This document shows, in pieces, positions 1 to 9,573 of a stretch of DNA of 64,000 nt. How positions within the stretch are numbered: position 1 is the first letter of the stretch; each line of letters starts with the position of its first letter. The notes beneath the pieces are model-generated. The model did not search any database. It was not told the origin of the DNA and was given only the letters and a program-made list of their open reading frames with translations. Where the stretch lies: NCBI GenBank assembly GCA_963841435.1, contig CAWJCS010000006.1:512001-576000 (forward strand), written 5' to 3'. Origin of the DNA: an uncultured delta proteobacterium. GTDB taxonomy: Bacteria; Myxococcota_A; Polyangia; Polyangiales; Polyangiaceae. Made by a program: the position numbers and the translations under genes.

Positions 1-913
1 AACCCCAGCCGCACAAGAGGTCGGTGGGGCGCAAGAATGCGTCCCAGCGCTCCGAGAAGGACGCGAAGCTCTCGCCCCCCTGGAGCACGGCGCCGTCGAT
101 GCCCGTGTGGTGGGTGAACGTGGGGGAGAGCGGATGGCGCGGGGCGATCACCGACTCGAAGCGCTCGCCGGTCGCGACGCGCTCGGCGGCGAAATGCACG
201 ATCTCGGGGCAGTGCCCGAGCGGCGTGCCTCGCGGCCAGGCGTTCGCTTCGCCGTAGCCGACGACGAGGTCAGGCTCGCGCTCGAGCAGGCCCCGCAGAC
301 CCGGCGTTCGTCGCGGCCGCGCCGGTCGCGAAAGGTGGCGGCGCATCGGGTTGTCGCGGGCGAAGGCCAGCTGGTGCTCCACCAAGGCGTCGAACGGCGC
401 GAGCAAGGCGCGTACCTTGGGGTTCCCGCCTTCGAGCACGAAAAGCGCCTCGACGACGGCCTCGATCGTCGACACGCAGTGCGCGGCTGGCTCGCGGCGG
501 ATGCGGTAGCGGCTCGGCACGCGGGGCGAGAGGGAGTAACGCGGGAGCCTTGCGAGCCACGGATTTTTCTTCAGGAGCTTCTGCGCTTGCCACCAGGTGC
601 CGTCGACGACCACGAGCGTGACGGGCGCGGGCGGAGGCTCTGCCTCGAGGTCCCGCGCCCCGGGCCCTGGGTAGAGCAGCACCGGGGTCGCCGCGGCCGT
701 TCCGAGCGAGGTCGCCACCGGCCCGTCCTCGGGGAACGTGACGCCGACGTGGCGCTCGACCCCATCGAGGCCGAGCTCGAGCAGGCGCACCGTGCCGATC
801 GGCACGCCCGCCTCGCGCGGATGCTGCAAAACGACGAGCTTCGTGGCGACCGCGACCCGACTCACGTGGGCACACAGGCAGACGCGTGCTGGGCGCCCGC
901 ACCGCGGGCACAT
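1..913 (-). CDS. DTW-domain protein (tRNA-uridine aminocarboxypropyltransferase, TapT-like) with a C-terminal DEDDh-exonuclease-like extension; 3' end lies outside the window
   Basis: Not in the ORF track because it has no stop in the window. My translation from ATG 913 reads MCPRCGRPARVCLC...LVVLQHPRE...LLYPGPGA...VVVDGTWWQAQKL...SRYRIRREP...CVSTIEA, i.e. the Cys knuckle, QHPxE, DGTW and STxEA motifs. The start may lie ~40 nt further upstream. Confidence 0.85.
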   Translation of the reverse strand, partial: MCPRCGRPARVCLCAHVSRVAVATKLVVLQHPREAGVPIGTVRLLELGLDGVERHVGVTFPEDGPVATSLGTAAATPVLLYPGPGARDLEAEPPPAPVTLVVVDGTWWQAQKLLKKNPWLARLPRYSLSPRVPSRYRIRREPAAHCVSTIEAVVEALFVLEGGNPKVRALLAPFDALVEHQLAFARDNPMRRHLSRPARPRRTPGLRGLLEREPDLVVGYGEANAWPRGTPLGHCPEIVHFAAERVATGERFESVIAPRHPLSPTFTHHTGIDGAVLQGGESFASFSERWDAFLRPTDLLCGWG

Positions 914-1092
914 GGCCCTCGGCTCGCTCGTCGCGCGCGGCGACTGGTTACCCAAATCATCGGGCAAGGCAGGCCCGCCGTACCCAAATGACGGTCCCCG
1001 GGCAACCGTCACCTCGCCGCCGGGCGGTGGACGGCGCGCAGGCGCCTTTTTTGGGATCCCTCGACCCCCGCCGCGCATTAACCCTCGGACCC

Positions 1093-2955
1093 ATGGCGAG
1101 CATCAATCGGTTCCTCCTCGAGCACGGCTTTACCATTCGCGATAATCCCTGCATTTCTCCGGACTTCTGCCTCGACTGGGCGTCGCTCCGTGCGGCGCTC
1201 GAGCGCGGCGACCCCGTGCTCGAGCACCCGGCGAGCAAGGTCAGCGTTGCGGCCGGAGAGCTCAGCTTGCGCGAAAACGCCGCGGGTGACCACGCCTGGG
1301 TGCTCGAGCCGCGTCCCGGGGTCGCCGCCGCCGGGCTGCTCGCCGAGGGCGCGCCCATCGGTGGGGGTCGGTTCGCCTACCCGGCGACGTTCGACAACCT
1401 CGTCGCGATCAAGAATCTGGTCCAGGAGCACGACCCGGCGTCCACGGTGTTCCCCTCCGCGACGGGGACGCTCGAGCGCTCGAGCCTGGGCGTCGGTGCG
1501 CGCTTCACGACGCTTCATTGGCCCGCGGTCGAATGGGCGATGGCGGAGCTCTCCCTCAGCATGACGGCAAACCAGAACAGCATCCCGCGGGAGCTCGTCT
1601 ACGACGTCAACGCGATGCTTCGGGGTGCGCTCGAGGGCGTCCCGTTTCCCTTCATCGGGGCCGACGTTCCCGAGGGGCATCAGGGCCAGAGCGTGCAGGG
1701 CATGAGCCACGGCGCCGTGCTCTCCAAGCTCAAGACGGGCTTCCACGCCCGCCGCATCCCCTGGGGCTTCAACGCCGATCATCAGCCCATCGGCGGGAGC
1801 TTCGACCGGCGCGAAGCCGAGCTCGTGTCGGGCTGCCTGTTTGCAAGCTACATCACCTTCGACCTTTCCCCGGAGCTCTCGGTGACGCCGAAGGCGGCGG
1901 AGCCGGCCGCATGGTGCGCGGCAAACGTGCCCGCCGGCGTCCTCGACCTCGTGCGCGCGCGGGTGAGCCGCGCCGGCGTCAGCCTCGCCGACGCCGAGCT
2001 CGTGGCGCTCGTCGCTCACGTCTGGCCCGCCGTCGCCAAGATGCAGCGCCGCGACCGGCTCTATGGCGAGGCACGGCAGCGCGCCTTCACGACCCCCGTC
2101 GGCCGTGCTTACTTCCGCGAGCTCTCCATCGACGAGCTTCCGGGGCTCACGGAGCAGGGAACCCTCGCGACGATGCTCGCGCTGTGCGAAGCGCTCGACG
2201 TGCGCGTTGACTACGTGGCCCCCGCGTTCGGCTTCCAGAAGAATTTCCCCTTCGAAGACGGCCCGGAGCTCGAACGGCGAGTGTCCGCGGCGTTCGAGGT
2301 GTGCCGCACTTTCGACGTTTCGATCGGTTTCCACTCGGGATCCGGCAAGTCGGCGGACAACTACCGCACGCTCGGTCGAGTCACGGGGGGGCGGCTCGAG
2401 ATCAAGACGAGCGGGCGCTACACGTACGAAATGGGTCGCGCCCTCGCGGCGTCCGAAGACGCCGGTGACCGCGCGCTGTTCGAGGACTGGTATCGATTCA
2501 CGCGCGAGCTCGCGCTAGAAAGCGCGTTCAGCGAGCGTGCCGACGAGAACAAGCTCTCGCGCAGCTTCATCGCGCACGCCCTCGAGCTCGAAGGTCGGCG
2601 GGGCGACGTGTTCGAGAGCCGAGAGTCCGCTGCCCAAGCGCTCGCGGCGCTCGTGCCGAGCCCGGAGCACATGTTCTTTTTCGAGTATAACTTCCTCTTC
2701 GTTCTCGCTGCGGGCGGCAGCGCGGCGAAATCGGCGCTCGGCGATCACGGTCCCGAGGGCTATCGCCAGCGCGCGCGCTTCTACGCCATCAGCGACCGCG
2801 GAAAGCTCGGGTACGTCAAGCGCGTCGCCGAATACCTTTGCTTTTTGGCCGAAGAGACGGGCCTTTCCAGCGCCGCTGTCGTGGGGCGAGCCAGGGACAA
2901 GCTTGCTCGCACGGCGAGCTATGGCGATTTCCTCGCTGCCATCTCAGAAGGGTGA
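1093..2955 (+). CDS. Tagaturonate/fructuronate epimerase (UxaE)-family protein
   Basis: Motifs NADH, ITFDLS, ELSIDE, APAFGFQK, FHSGSGK and IKTSGRYTYE follow the order of UxaE motifs (DADH, TIDPS, EVSVDE, APRF..FEK, LHSGSDK, VKTAGT). ATG 1093 chosen within ORF 886..2955. Confidence 0.7.
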   Translation: MASINRFLLEHGFTIRDNPCISPDFCLDWASLRAALERGDPVLEHPASKVSVAAGELSLRENAAGDHAWVLEPRPGVAAAGLLAEGAPIGGGRFAYPATFDNLVAIKNLVQEHDPASTVFPSATGTLERSSLGVGARFTTLHWPAVEWAMAELSLSMTANQNSIPRELVYDVNAMLRGALEGVPFPFIGADVPEGHQGQSVQGMSHGAVLSKLKTGFHARRIPWGFNADHQPIGGSFDRREAELVSGCLFASYITFDLSPELSVTPKAAEPAAWCAANVPAGVLDLVRARVSRAGVSLADAELVALVAHVWPAVAKMQRRDRLYGEARQRAFTTPVGRAYFRELSIDELPGLTEQGTLATMLALCEALDVRVDYVAPAFGFQKNFPFEDGPELERRVSAAFEVCRTFDVSIGFHSGSGKSADNYRTLGRVTGGRLEIKTSGRYTYEMGRALAASEDAGDRALFEDWYRFTRELALESAFSERADENKLSRSFIAHALELEGRRGDVFESRESAAQALAALVPSPEHMFFFEYNFLFVLAAGGSAAKSALGDHGPEGYRQRARFYAISDRGKLGYVKRVAEYLCFLAEETGLSSAAVVGRARDKLARTASYGDFLAAISEG

Positions 2956-3073
2956 TGAGCGCCGAGGCGAGCCGTGGCGCTGCCGTGCGAACCGAGCCGG
3001 CACAGGCCGCGCGCGCGTGCCACGCGTGAGTGCCCTTGACGCGGGTGGGGTGCGCGTGCAAGCCCTACACGCG

Positions 3074-3484
3074 ATGCCCCGCTTCGAAGCCGCGTACCGC
3101 CGCCTGATCGATGGTCTCGTTTCCGACCTGTCACGTATTGCTGCCGCCTGCGCCCGGGAAGCGGTGGAGGCGGCTCGCGCCGAGCAGGCAGCGCAAGAAG
3201 CCAAAGCGTCGCGCCTGAGCCCGCGCCTGCGCCGTGCTCTCGAGCTCGTGGAGCAGAAGCGCGCGCGAGCCGCCGCGCAGCGGTCGCGACCGGCACCGGC
3301 GAGGACGCCACGCGCCGAGGCGCCGCCGAGGCCCCGCCGCTCGTCCAACGGCGCCTCGCTACGGGCCGAGTCCCCGCCCGCCGCGCCCCTCCCGGCCCCG
3401 CTCTTCGTGCACAAGCGCAATCGAGACGGCAGCATCGAGCGGCTCGAGCGAGGTCAAGGGGAGAGCGCCCCCCCGCCGGCCTAG
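3074..3484 (+). CDS. Hypothetical small basic protein
   Basis: 3' part of ORF 2537..3484 from ATG 3074 (MPRFEAAYRR...). It fills the gap between the uxaE-like and HAD genes and ends 2 nt before the HAD start. Confidence 0.45.
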   Translation: MPRFEAAYRRLIDGLVSDLSRIAAACAREAVEAARAEQAAQEAKASRLSPRLRRALELVEQKRARAAAQRSRPAPARTPRAEAPPRPRRSSNGASLRAESPPAAPLPAPLFVHKRNRDGSIERLERGQGESAPPPA

Positions 3485-3486
3485 TC

Positions 3487-4080
3487 GTGCTCTCCCTCCC
3501 CGACGGCGACTTCGACGCCTACATCTTCGACTGCGACGGCACGCTCGCCGACAGCATGCCGCTCTATCATCGAGCGTGGCAGGCGGCGCTGAGGTCACAG
3601 GGTGCGACCTTCGACTTTGGTTGGGAGATCTTCGTGCGCCGGGCGGGGATGAGCACGGCCCGCACGGTCGAGGCGCTGAACCTCGAGTTCGGCAGCGCGC
3701 TCGACGCGAGCCTGGTCGAAGAGCGGCAGCACGCCGAGTACCTCTTGCTCGTCGAAGGCGTGCAGCCCATCCCGGAGGTCGTCGAGGTGGCCCGGCGCGC
3801 CCGCGGGCGGCTCCCGATGAGCGTCGCTTCGGGCGGGACGCGACCGCTCGTCGAAAAGACGCTCGGGCTGATCGGCGTGCGCGACCTCTTCGCCCACGTG
3901 CTCGTCGCGGGCGACGTGCAAAGCGGCAAGCCGGAACCCGACATTTTCCTGCTCGCGGCCGAGCGCATGGGCGTCGAGCCGTCGCGCTGCCTCGTGTTCG
4001 AGGATGGCGAGCTCGGCATCGTTGCGGCGGGGCGCGCGGGCATGCGGTGCGTGAAGGTCGAGCTCGGCTCCCGCCGCTGA
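3487..4080 (+). CDS. HAD-superfamily phosphatase (YqaB/beta-phosphoglucomutase-like)
   Basis: Motif I FDCDGTLADS, motif II VASGG, motif III GKPEPDIF, motif IV VFEDGELG. Confidence 0.9.
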   Translation: MLSLPDGDFDAYIFDCDGTLADSMPLYHRAWQAALRSQGATFDFGWEIFVRRAGMSTARTVEALNLEFGSALDASLVEERQHAEYLLLVEGVQPIPEVVEVARRARGRLPMSVASGGTRPLVEKTLGLIGVRDLFAHVLVAGDVQSGKPEPDIFLLAAERMGVEPSRCLVFEDGELGIVAAGRAGMRCVKVELGSRR

Positions 4081-4164
4081 CGCCGGCCCAAGCGCCCCCG
4101 GCGAGCCTCACTCGCGAAGGCCCGCGAGTGCCCGTCGGGAGAGCGTTTCGACGTGGGCCGCTCA

Positions 4165-4665
4165 CGGAGTAGATGCCGTTGCCGGCGTTGGTCACGGCTT
4201 CCATCATCGAATCGTTGAGGTTGCCGTAGCCGAAGCCGAGCGCCGTGAGCGTCACGCCCGACGTTCGCTTTTCCTCGATGAGCGAGACGAGCGCCTCGTT
4301 CGTGTACGGTCCGACGTTGAAGTCGCCGTCGGTGCACAGGATGACGTGGTTGATGCCGCCGTCGATGTAGGCGCTCGTGGCCTGCTCGTAGGCGAGGTCG
4401 ATGCCCGACGCGCCGGCCGTGCTGCCAGCGGCGCCGAGCCCGTCGATCACGTCGCGGATGGTGCTCGCCTCGGAGACCGGGGTCGGCGAGAGCCGCACCC
4501 TCGTGGCACCGGCGTAGGTGACGATCGACACCGTGTCGGTTGGCGCCAGCACGCCGAGCGATCGCTGGCTCGGCGAGCTTGCCCTGGATCCCGACGCGCA
4601 AGAGCAGCGTTCCGGCGTCGTGGAGCGCGGGGGCGGCGGCGAGGTGGATGGCGAATGGCTCCGTG
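4165..4665 (-). pseudogene. Decayed remnant of a YfbK-like VWA-domain gene (truncated, internal deletion, frame change)
   Basis: Frame A reads EPFAIHLAAAPALHDAGTLLLRVGIQGK. Frame B reads DTVSIVTYAG...GSTAGASGIDLAY...INHVILCTDGDFNVG...GVTLTALGFGYGNLNDSMMEAVTNAGNGIY. The DxSGSM segment and both termini are missing. Confidence 0.7.
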
Positions 4666-4740
4666 GCGTGTCACCGGCGCCGCAGGCGGCGTCGCCGCTC
4701 GCTCGCTGCCGCTCAGTGCGTCGCCGCAGGCCGCTTTGGC

Positions 4741-6576
4741 TCAGCGCGTCGCCGCGAGCGCGAGCCCGCCGCTCTCACGCCGGTCGGCGTAGCCGTACGC
4801 TTTGCCGCCGTCGACGAGAATGCAGTTGGCGTCGCCCTGTGCCGACCACGAAGGCAGCAGGCGATGCCCGAGCGCCTCGAGCCCGTCGAGCACGGCGCGC
4901 GTCGGCGGTCGGGCTGCCTCGTAGCGCACGCCATCCGGGACGAAGCCATGGTGCAACCGCGGCGCATCGACCGCTCGGTCGAGCGGCTGCCCGCGGTCGA
5001 CGAGCCTTCGCACGAGCAGCGTCAGCGTGCTCGGGATGGTGTCGCCGCCGGGCGTACCGAGCACGAGCACCGGCTCGTCGTGGAGGAGAACGAGCGTCGG
5101 GGCCATCGAGCTCGTCGTGCGGCGCCCCGCGACGGGCTGGTTCTCGCCGACGCTCGAGAACGAGGCGACGGCGTTGCCGAGCAGCACGCCCGTGCCCGGT
5201 GCCATGCGGCGCGCCCCGAAAGACGCGGAAAGCGTCGTCGTGAGCGAAACGACCATGCCGTCGGCGTCCACCACCGAAAGGTGCGTCGTGTGCTCGGTCT
5301 CGCGCAGCGCTTCGTCGTAGAGCGGGTGAACGGTGGGGGAAGGTGTGGCGTGCGCCGGATCGACGGGTACCCGGAGCAGGCGCGCTGGATCGAGCAGCCC
5401 CGCCTGACGCGCGCGTAGCGCCTCGACCCCGAGCGTGTCGGGATCGACGAGCGACAGGCGCCGTTCGGCTTGCGCGCGGCGTGAGACCTCGACAAACAGA
5501 TGGGCTTCGGCCGCGCTCTCCGCGGGCGTCGCGTCGGCGGACAGGCTCGTGAGGGCCGCCAGCTCGCCTTCGAGCACGACACCGCCCGTCGACGGAAGCG
5601 GCATGCTCTCGACGGTGTACCCGAGGTAGGCGAGGCTCAGCGGCTCGCGTACGACGGCGCGGTACGTGAGCAGATCCGCCTCCGAAACGTGGCCCTCCGT
5701 CGCGGCGACGATGGCCCGCGCGGTTTGCCCTGCGTAGAAGCCCGCCTCGCCGAGCGTCGCGATGCGTTCGAGGGTTGCCGCGAGATCGGACTGCACGAGC
5801 CTGGCCCCGGCGGCGAGCGGCTTGCCCCCGGTGCCCGCGAAAACGCGGCGGATCGCGGGGTCGAGACGCAGGCTCTTCCAGTTTGCCTTGAGCACGCGCG
5901 CCTGAGCCGCCGACAAGGGGTGGCCATTTCGTGCGATCTCGATGGAGGCGTGGAGCACGTCCGGCAGGGGGCGTCGCCCGAAGCGCCGCTCGGCGAGCAA
6001 CAGACCCGCGACCGAGCCCGGCACGCCGACGGCGACCGGCCCCTGGCCGCGGTTCGCGATCATGCGGTCGAACTCGGAGCGCACGAGCGAGCTCGGCGCC
6101 GTCTCGCGAAAATCGAGCGCGACGGTGGGGCCGCCGCGCGGGCGCACGAGCAGAAAGCCGCCGCCGCCGAGGTTTCCGGCGCTCGGATGCGTGACCGCGA
6201 GCGCGGCCGCGGTCGCGACGGCGGCGTCCATGGCGTTGCCGCCGGCCTCGAGCACGGAGACCCCGGCGCGCGTCGCCAGCGCGTCGGCGGACGTGACCAC
6301 GCCGTGCTCGCCCGCAACGGAGCGCGATCCCGGGCCGCCGAGGCGAGGCGGCTCGACGGGTGTCGTCGCGGCGGGCACGGCGGGCGACGAGGCGCTCGCG
6401 CCCGCGGGTGTCGTGGGCGAGCCCGCCGGTGGAGCGGCGCCGGACGCCGGAGCGGCGGGCGTGGCGCTTCGGGCCGCTTTCGTGGGCGCTGCGGTCGCCG
6501 AGCGTGCGGGGGCGGCACCCCGGGCGCACGAGAGCGCGAGCGCGGCCGCCCACACCGAGCGCGCGCCGCGGATCAC
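4741..6576 (-). CDS. ggt: Gamma-glutamyltransferase
   Basis: GGNAMDAAVA, GNLGGGGF, LDFRETAP, autocleavage site EHTTHLSVVD, SSMAPT, GTPGG. GTG 6576 overlaps the upstream stop (GTGA); lipoprotein-like signal LALSC. Confidence 0.92.
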   Translation of the reverse strand: MIRGARSVWAAALALSCARGAAPARSATAAPTKAARSATPAAPASGAAPPAGSPTTPAGASASSPAVPAATTPVEPPRLGGPGSRSVAGEHGVVTSADALATRAGVSVLEAGGNAMDAAVATAAALAVTHPSAGNLGGGGFLLVRPRGGPTVALDFRETAPSSLVRSEFDRMIANRGQGPVAVGVPGSVAGLLLAERRFGRRPLPDVLHASIEIARNGHPLSAAQARVLKANWKSLRLDPAIRRVFAGTGGKPLAAGARLVQSDLAATLERIATLGEAGFYAGQTARAIVAATEGHVSEADLLTYRAVVREPLSLAYLGYTVESMPLPSTGGVVLEGELAALTSLSADATPAESAAEAHLFVEVSRRAQAERRLSLVDPDTLGVEALRARQAGLLDPARLLRVPVDPAHATPSPTVHPLYDEALRETEHTTHLSVVDADGMVVSLTTTLSASFGARRMAPGTGVLLGNAVASFSSVGENQPVAGRRTTSSMAPTLVLLHDEPVLVLGTPGGDTIPSTLTLLVRRLVDRGQPLDRAVDAPRLHHGFVPDGVRYEAARPPTRAVLDGLEALGHRLLPSWSAQGDANCILVDGGKAYGYADRRESGGLALAATR

Positions 6577-7601
6577 GCCGCGCCTCGCGCCGGTGCCGGA
6601 ATGACCACGAGCCCCGCGTCGTTTTCGGCCCACGCGGCGAGGTCACCCGCCTCGACGGCGACCACGGGGGTGCCGAGGGCGCGGGCTTCGCGCACCACCG
6701 ACGGCGCACCTTCGAAGCGCGAGGCCGACACGAGCGCGTCGGCCGCCGCGATCAGCGCGAGCGCGCGAGGACGGGCGACCCTGCCGACCAGCTCGACCTC
6801 GGGGTACGCGCGACGGAGCGCCTCGAGCTCGGGTCCGTCGCCGATCACGACGACGCGGCACCCACCCGCGAGCCTGAGCGCTTCGAGCGCGACGCCGACG
6901 CGCTTGTCCGCAACTAGGCGCCCGACCACGACGACGAGCCGCTCGCCGGGCCCGACGCCGAGCTCGTCGCGCGTCGCGTCGCGCGCGCGTGCGCCCGAGA
7001 CGTCCAACGGCACCGGCGCGACGCGCAGTCGCGCCGCGACCTCGGCACCGAGCGCGTCGCCGGCGACTCGAGCGAGCTCGGCGGACACCGCGCGTAGCTC
7101 CGTCCCCCGCAGACACCGCGCGACGTGCGCCCGCAACGCGCGCGGCAAACGGGCGACGAGCCGCGCGTCCGAGCCGTGCAGCACGACCTCGAGCGCGGCT
7201 CCGGGCGGCGCGGCAAACGCCGCAATCGGCCAGCCGCAGGGCACGACGAAGTGCGCGATCACCCGCGTGGCATCGCGGTGCCGGGCGAGCGCGCGCCAGG
7301 CCCGCACCACGAAGCCGAGCGCCGAGAGGAGCCGCTCGGGGCGCTCCCGCAGGCGGCTCGGCGCTCCCGGCCACCCGAAGGCGCTGCCAGCCTCGAGCCA
7401 CTCGACGCCGCGCGCGCTCTGGGCTCCCCCGGCCGGTGCCGCTGCCAGCACGGTCACGTCGTGCCCGGCGGCGCGCAGCGCTTCGACCTCGGTCGCCACG
7501 AAGTGTCCGCTCGGGTCGCCGTCGTACGCGGGGTAGGAGCTCGTAAGGACGACGATGCGCTCGAGGCGAGACGCGCCGAACGGCTCCGAGCGGGGCGTCA
7601 T
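6573..7601 (-). CDS. Glycosyltransferase family 4 (GT-B)
   Basis: LTSSYP..D..GHFV at the N-terminus, VGRLVADK, IGDGPE, SRFEGAPSVVREA. Confidence 0.88.
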   Translation of the reverse strand: MTPRSEPFGASRLERIVVLTSSYPAYDGDPSGHFVATEVEALRAAGHDVTVLAAAPAGGAQSARGVEWLEAGSAFGWPGAPSRLRERPERLLSALGFVVRAWRALARHRDATRVIAHFVVPCGWPIAAFAAPPGAALEVVLHGSDARLVARLPRALRAHVARCLRGTELRAVSAELARVAGDALGAEVAARLRVAPVPLDVSGARARDATRDELGVGPGERLVVVVGRLVADKRVGVALEALRLAGGCRVVVIGDGPELEALRRAYPEVELVGRVARPRALALIAAADALVSASRFEGAPSVVREARALGTPVVAVEAGDLAAWAENDAGLVVIPAPARGAA

Positions 7602-7951
7602 ACGCGCGGCAGCTCGCCGAGCGCCTTCACACCCTCGGCCCCTTCGACCTCGAGGAGGTCACCGAGCGCCCTCAGATACCGAAACGAGTAGATGCCGGAG
7701 TTGTGCCCGTCCGCCCAGGCGAGGCCGAGGGCGTAGTTGCCGACCTGTTCGATGTCCCTGAGCTCGAGGTTGCCTTCGGGGACGAAACGAATCCGGCCCG
7801 AGTGGCCCTGACAGCTGGCGCACGGGCAAAATCCCCTCAAGATTTCGTGTGGATAGAGCGACTGATGGCCGTCGGCCCAGGTGATCTCGAAGGTCTTGGC
7901 GCCGTGGGGCGCCCGGACGCCCTTGGGTCTCAGGCGGTCATCGTCCGTCAT
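7598..7951 (-). CDS. DUF971 / gamma-butyrobetaine hydroxylase-like N-terminal domain protein
   Basis: ITWADGHQS.Y...LRGFCPCASCQG...VGNYAL.L.WADGHNSGIYSF.YL. Confidence 0.88.
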   Translation of the reverse strand: MTDDDRLRPKGVRAPHGAKTFEITWADGHQSLYPHEILRGFCPCASCQGHSGRIRFVPEGNLELRDIEQVGNYALGLAWADGHNSGIYSFRYLRALGDLLEVEGAEGVKALGELPRV

Positions 7952-8006
7952 CGTGGCCGGATGCATCCTTGCTGTGCGGGAAAAGGCGTGTCAATAAGGC
8001 GGTCCC

Positions 8007-8249
8007 TTGGCAAACCCGAGTGATCCCGTCCAGTGTAAGCCTCTCGAAGTCCAGGTCGGCGACAAGGGCATCGAGCGCGCGATCAAGCACCTCAAGCGCA
8101 AGATGGCCGCCGAAGGCATCCTGCGCGAGCTCAAGCGCCGCCGCCACTACATGAAGCCGTCCGTGAAGCGCCGAAAGAAGATGAGCGAGGCCGCCCGCCG
8201 TCGTCGCAAGCGCCTGCGCACGGACGACATGCCGCGCGCGCTCCTCTGA
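8007..8249 (+). CDS. rpsU: 30S ribosomal protein S21
   Basis: IERAIKHLKRKMAAEGILRELKRRRHYMKPSVKRRKK. Confidence 0.93.
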   Translation: MANPSDPVQCKPLEVQVGDKGIERAIKHLKRKMAAEGILRELKRRRHYMKPSVKRRKKMSEAARRRRKRLRTDDMPRALL

Positions 8250-8304
8250 GCGAACGGGCCGGATTCTTGGCCGCCTGAGAGCGGCTTCGTACATTCGGGG
8301 GCCC

Positions 8305-9573
8305 ATGGCACGCGCCACGGCCGCCGCGCCGCCGAACGTCCTGCCAGCGCCGCCTTTCCGGCTGCGCTTCGTGCTCGCGTTCGCCCTCGCTGCGGTTACG
8401 GTCGCCTGGCTCTACCCGCGTGTCGTCGCCGCGTGGCGCCTCAACGGGCTCGCGGCGGCCCTCGCGGACTACGGCGCCTGCATGGTGGGGCCCACGGGTC
8501 CGGCGCTCCTGCGGGGGCGTCAGGTCGACGCGTTCGCCGAGCTCGTGCGACGCCGTCTCGTCACGGCACCCGCCGGCGAGGCGCCGTTCGCGCGCTGTGC
8601 CCCGTTCGCCGGAACGCTCACGGGCTCGAACGAGGCGGAACGCGTCCACCGCGCCGCGGCGTTCGAGTTCGCCGAGTACGGCGGCAACCCCGCGCCCAGC
8701 CACCGGCTCTCGGAGCTCGCGGTCTCGCCCGGCTCGGTCGCCGACCAGGCACGGCGCGCCTGGCCCATCATCCGCGGCTACTCGACGCTCGTGAAGCCGT
8801 CGCTCGGCGCCCACGAGGCACAGCACCCCGTGGCACCGCCGAAACCGGCGACCGGTCGCGGGCTCCCGAACGCCCGCGCGTACTATCGGACGGTGCGCGT
8901 CGACGAGGGCGCCATCGTGCTCGCCTTCGGGGCGGGTGCCAATCTCCAGGTCCTGAAGAGCACCGACGGCGGCACGCGCTTCGTGCAGGAGCCGACCTCG
9001 ATCGCCGCCGACTTCGCCGAGCGCTGTCCCATGGGGCAAAACGGTCAATACTTCGCGCTCCAGGGGGATCGGCTGGGAACGATGGCGGTCTCGATGCAGA
9101 GCGGCGCGCTGCCGCGTCCGGCGCGGCTCGCCGGGCCGAACGAGGAGCTCGTCGCCGTGGCCTGCGACGAGCGGGTTCTCGTGGCGGCGGCGCGCGCCGA
9201 GGGGCAGACGCGCGCCGTGCTCAGGCGCTGCGTTTTCCGGGGGGACTGCGCCCCGATGCCCGAGCCGAACCTCGGCCGGCCCGAGCTCGGGCTCGACTTC
9301 CCACTCGATCTCGCGCGGGTCTCCGGGACGACCGTGATGGCGCTCACGATGGGTGACATCGTGCGCGTGGTGTCGGCGCGTGACGGTGGAGGCTGGACGC
9401 CGCCGACCGTGGCGTACGACGGCGAGCTCTACCCGCTGCGACCGCTCGAGCGGCCGTCGCGTCTTTTGACCATTGGCCGTCGCGTGCTTTTGCACGGCGT
9501 CGCGTCGCGCTCGAAGAACGTGTACGGGCTCTTGTACTCCGACAATCAGGGCGCGAGCTTCCGCGGGCTCTAG
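8305..9573 (+). CDS. Hypothetical membrane-anchored protein with Asp-box (BNR) motifs
   Basis: N-terminal hydrophobic helix; Asp-box-like motifs KSTDGGTRF, SARDGGGWT and YSDNQGASF. Confidence 0.65.
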   Translation: MARATAAAPPNVLPAPPFRLRFVLAFALAAVTVAWLYPRVVAAWRLNGLAAALADYGACMVGPTGPALLRGRQVDAFAELVRRRLVTAPAGEAPFARCAPFAGTLTGSNEAERVHRAAAFEFAEYGGNPAPSHRLSELAVSPGSVADQARRAWPIIRGYSTLVKPSLGAHEAQHPVAPPKPATGRGLPNARAYYRTVRVDEGAIVLAFGAGANLQVLKSTDGGTRFVQEPTSIAADFAERCPMGQNGQYFALQGDRLGTMAVSMQSGALPRPARLAGPNEELVAVACDERVLVAAARAEGQTRAVLRRCVFRGDCAPMPEPNLGRPELGLDFPLDLARVSGTTVMALTMGDIVRVVSARDGGGWTPPTVAYDGELYPLRPLERPSRLLTIGRRVLLHGVASRSKNVYGLLYSDNQGASFRGL

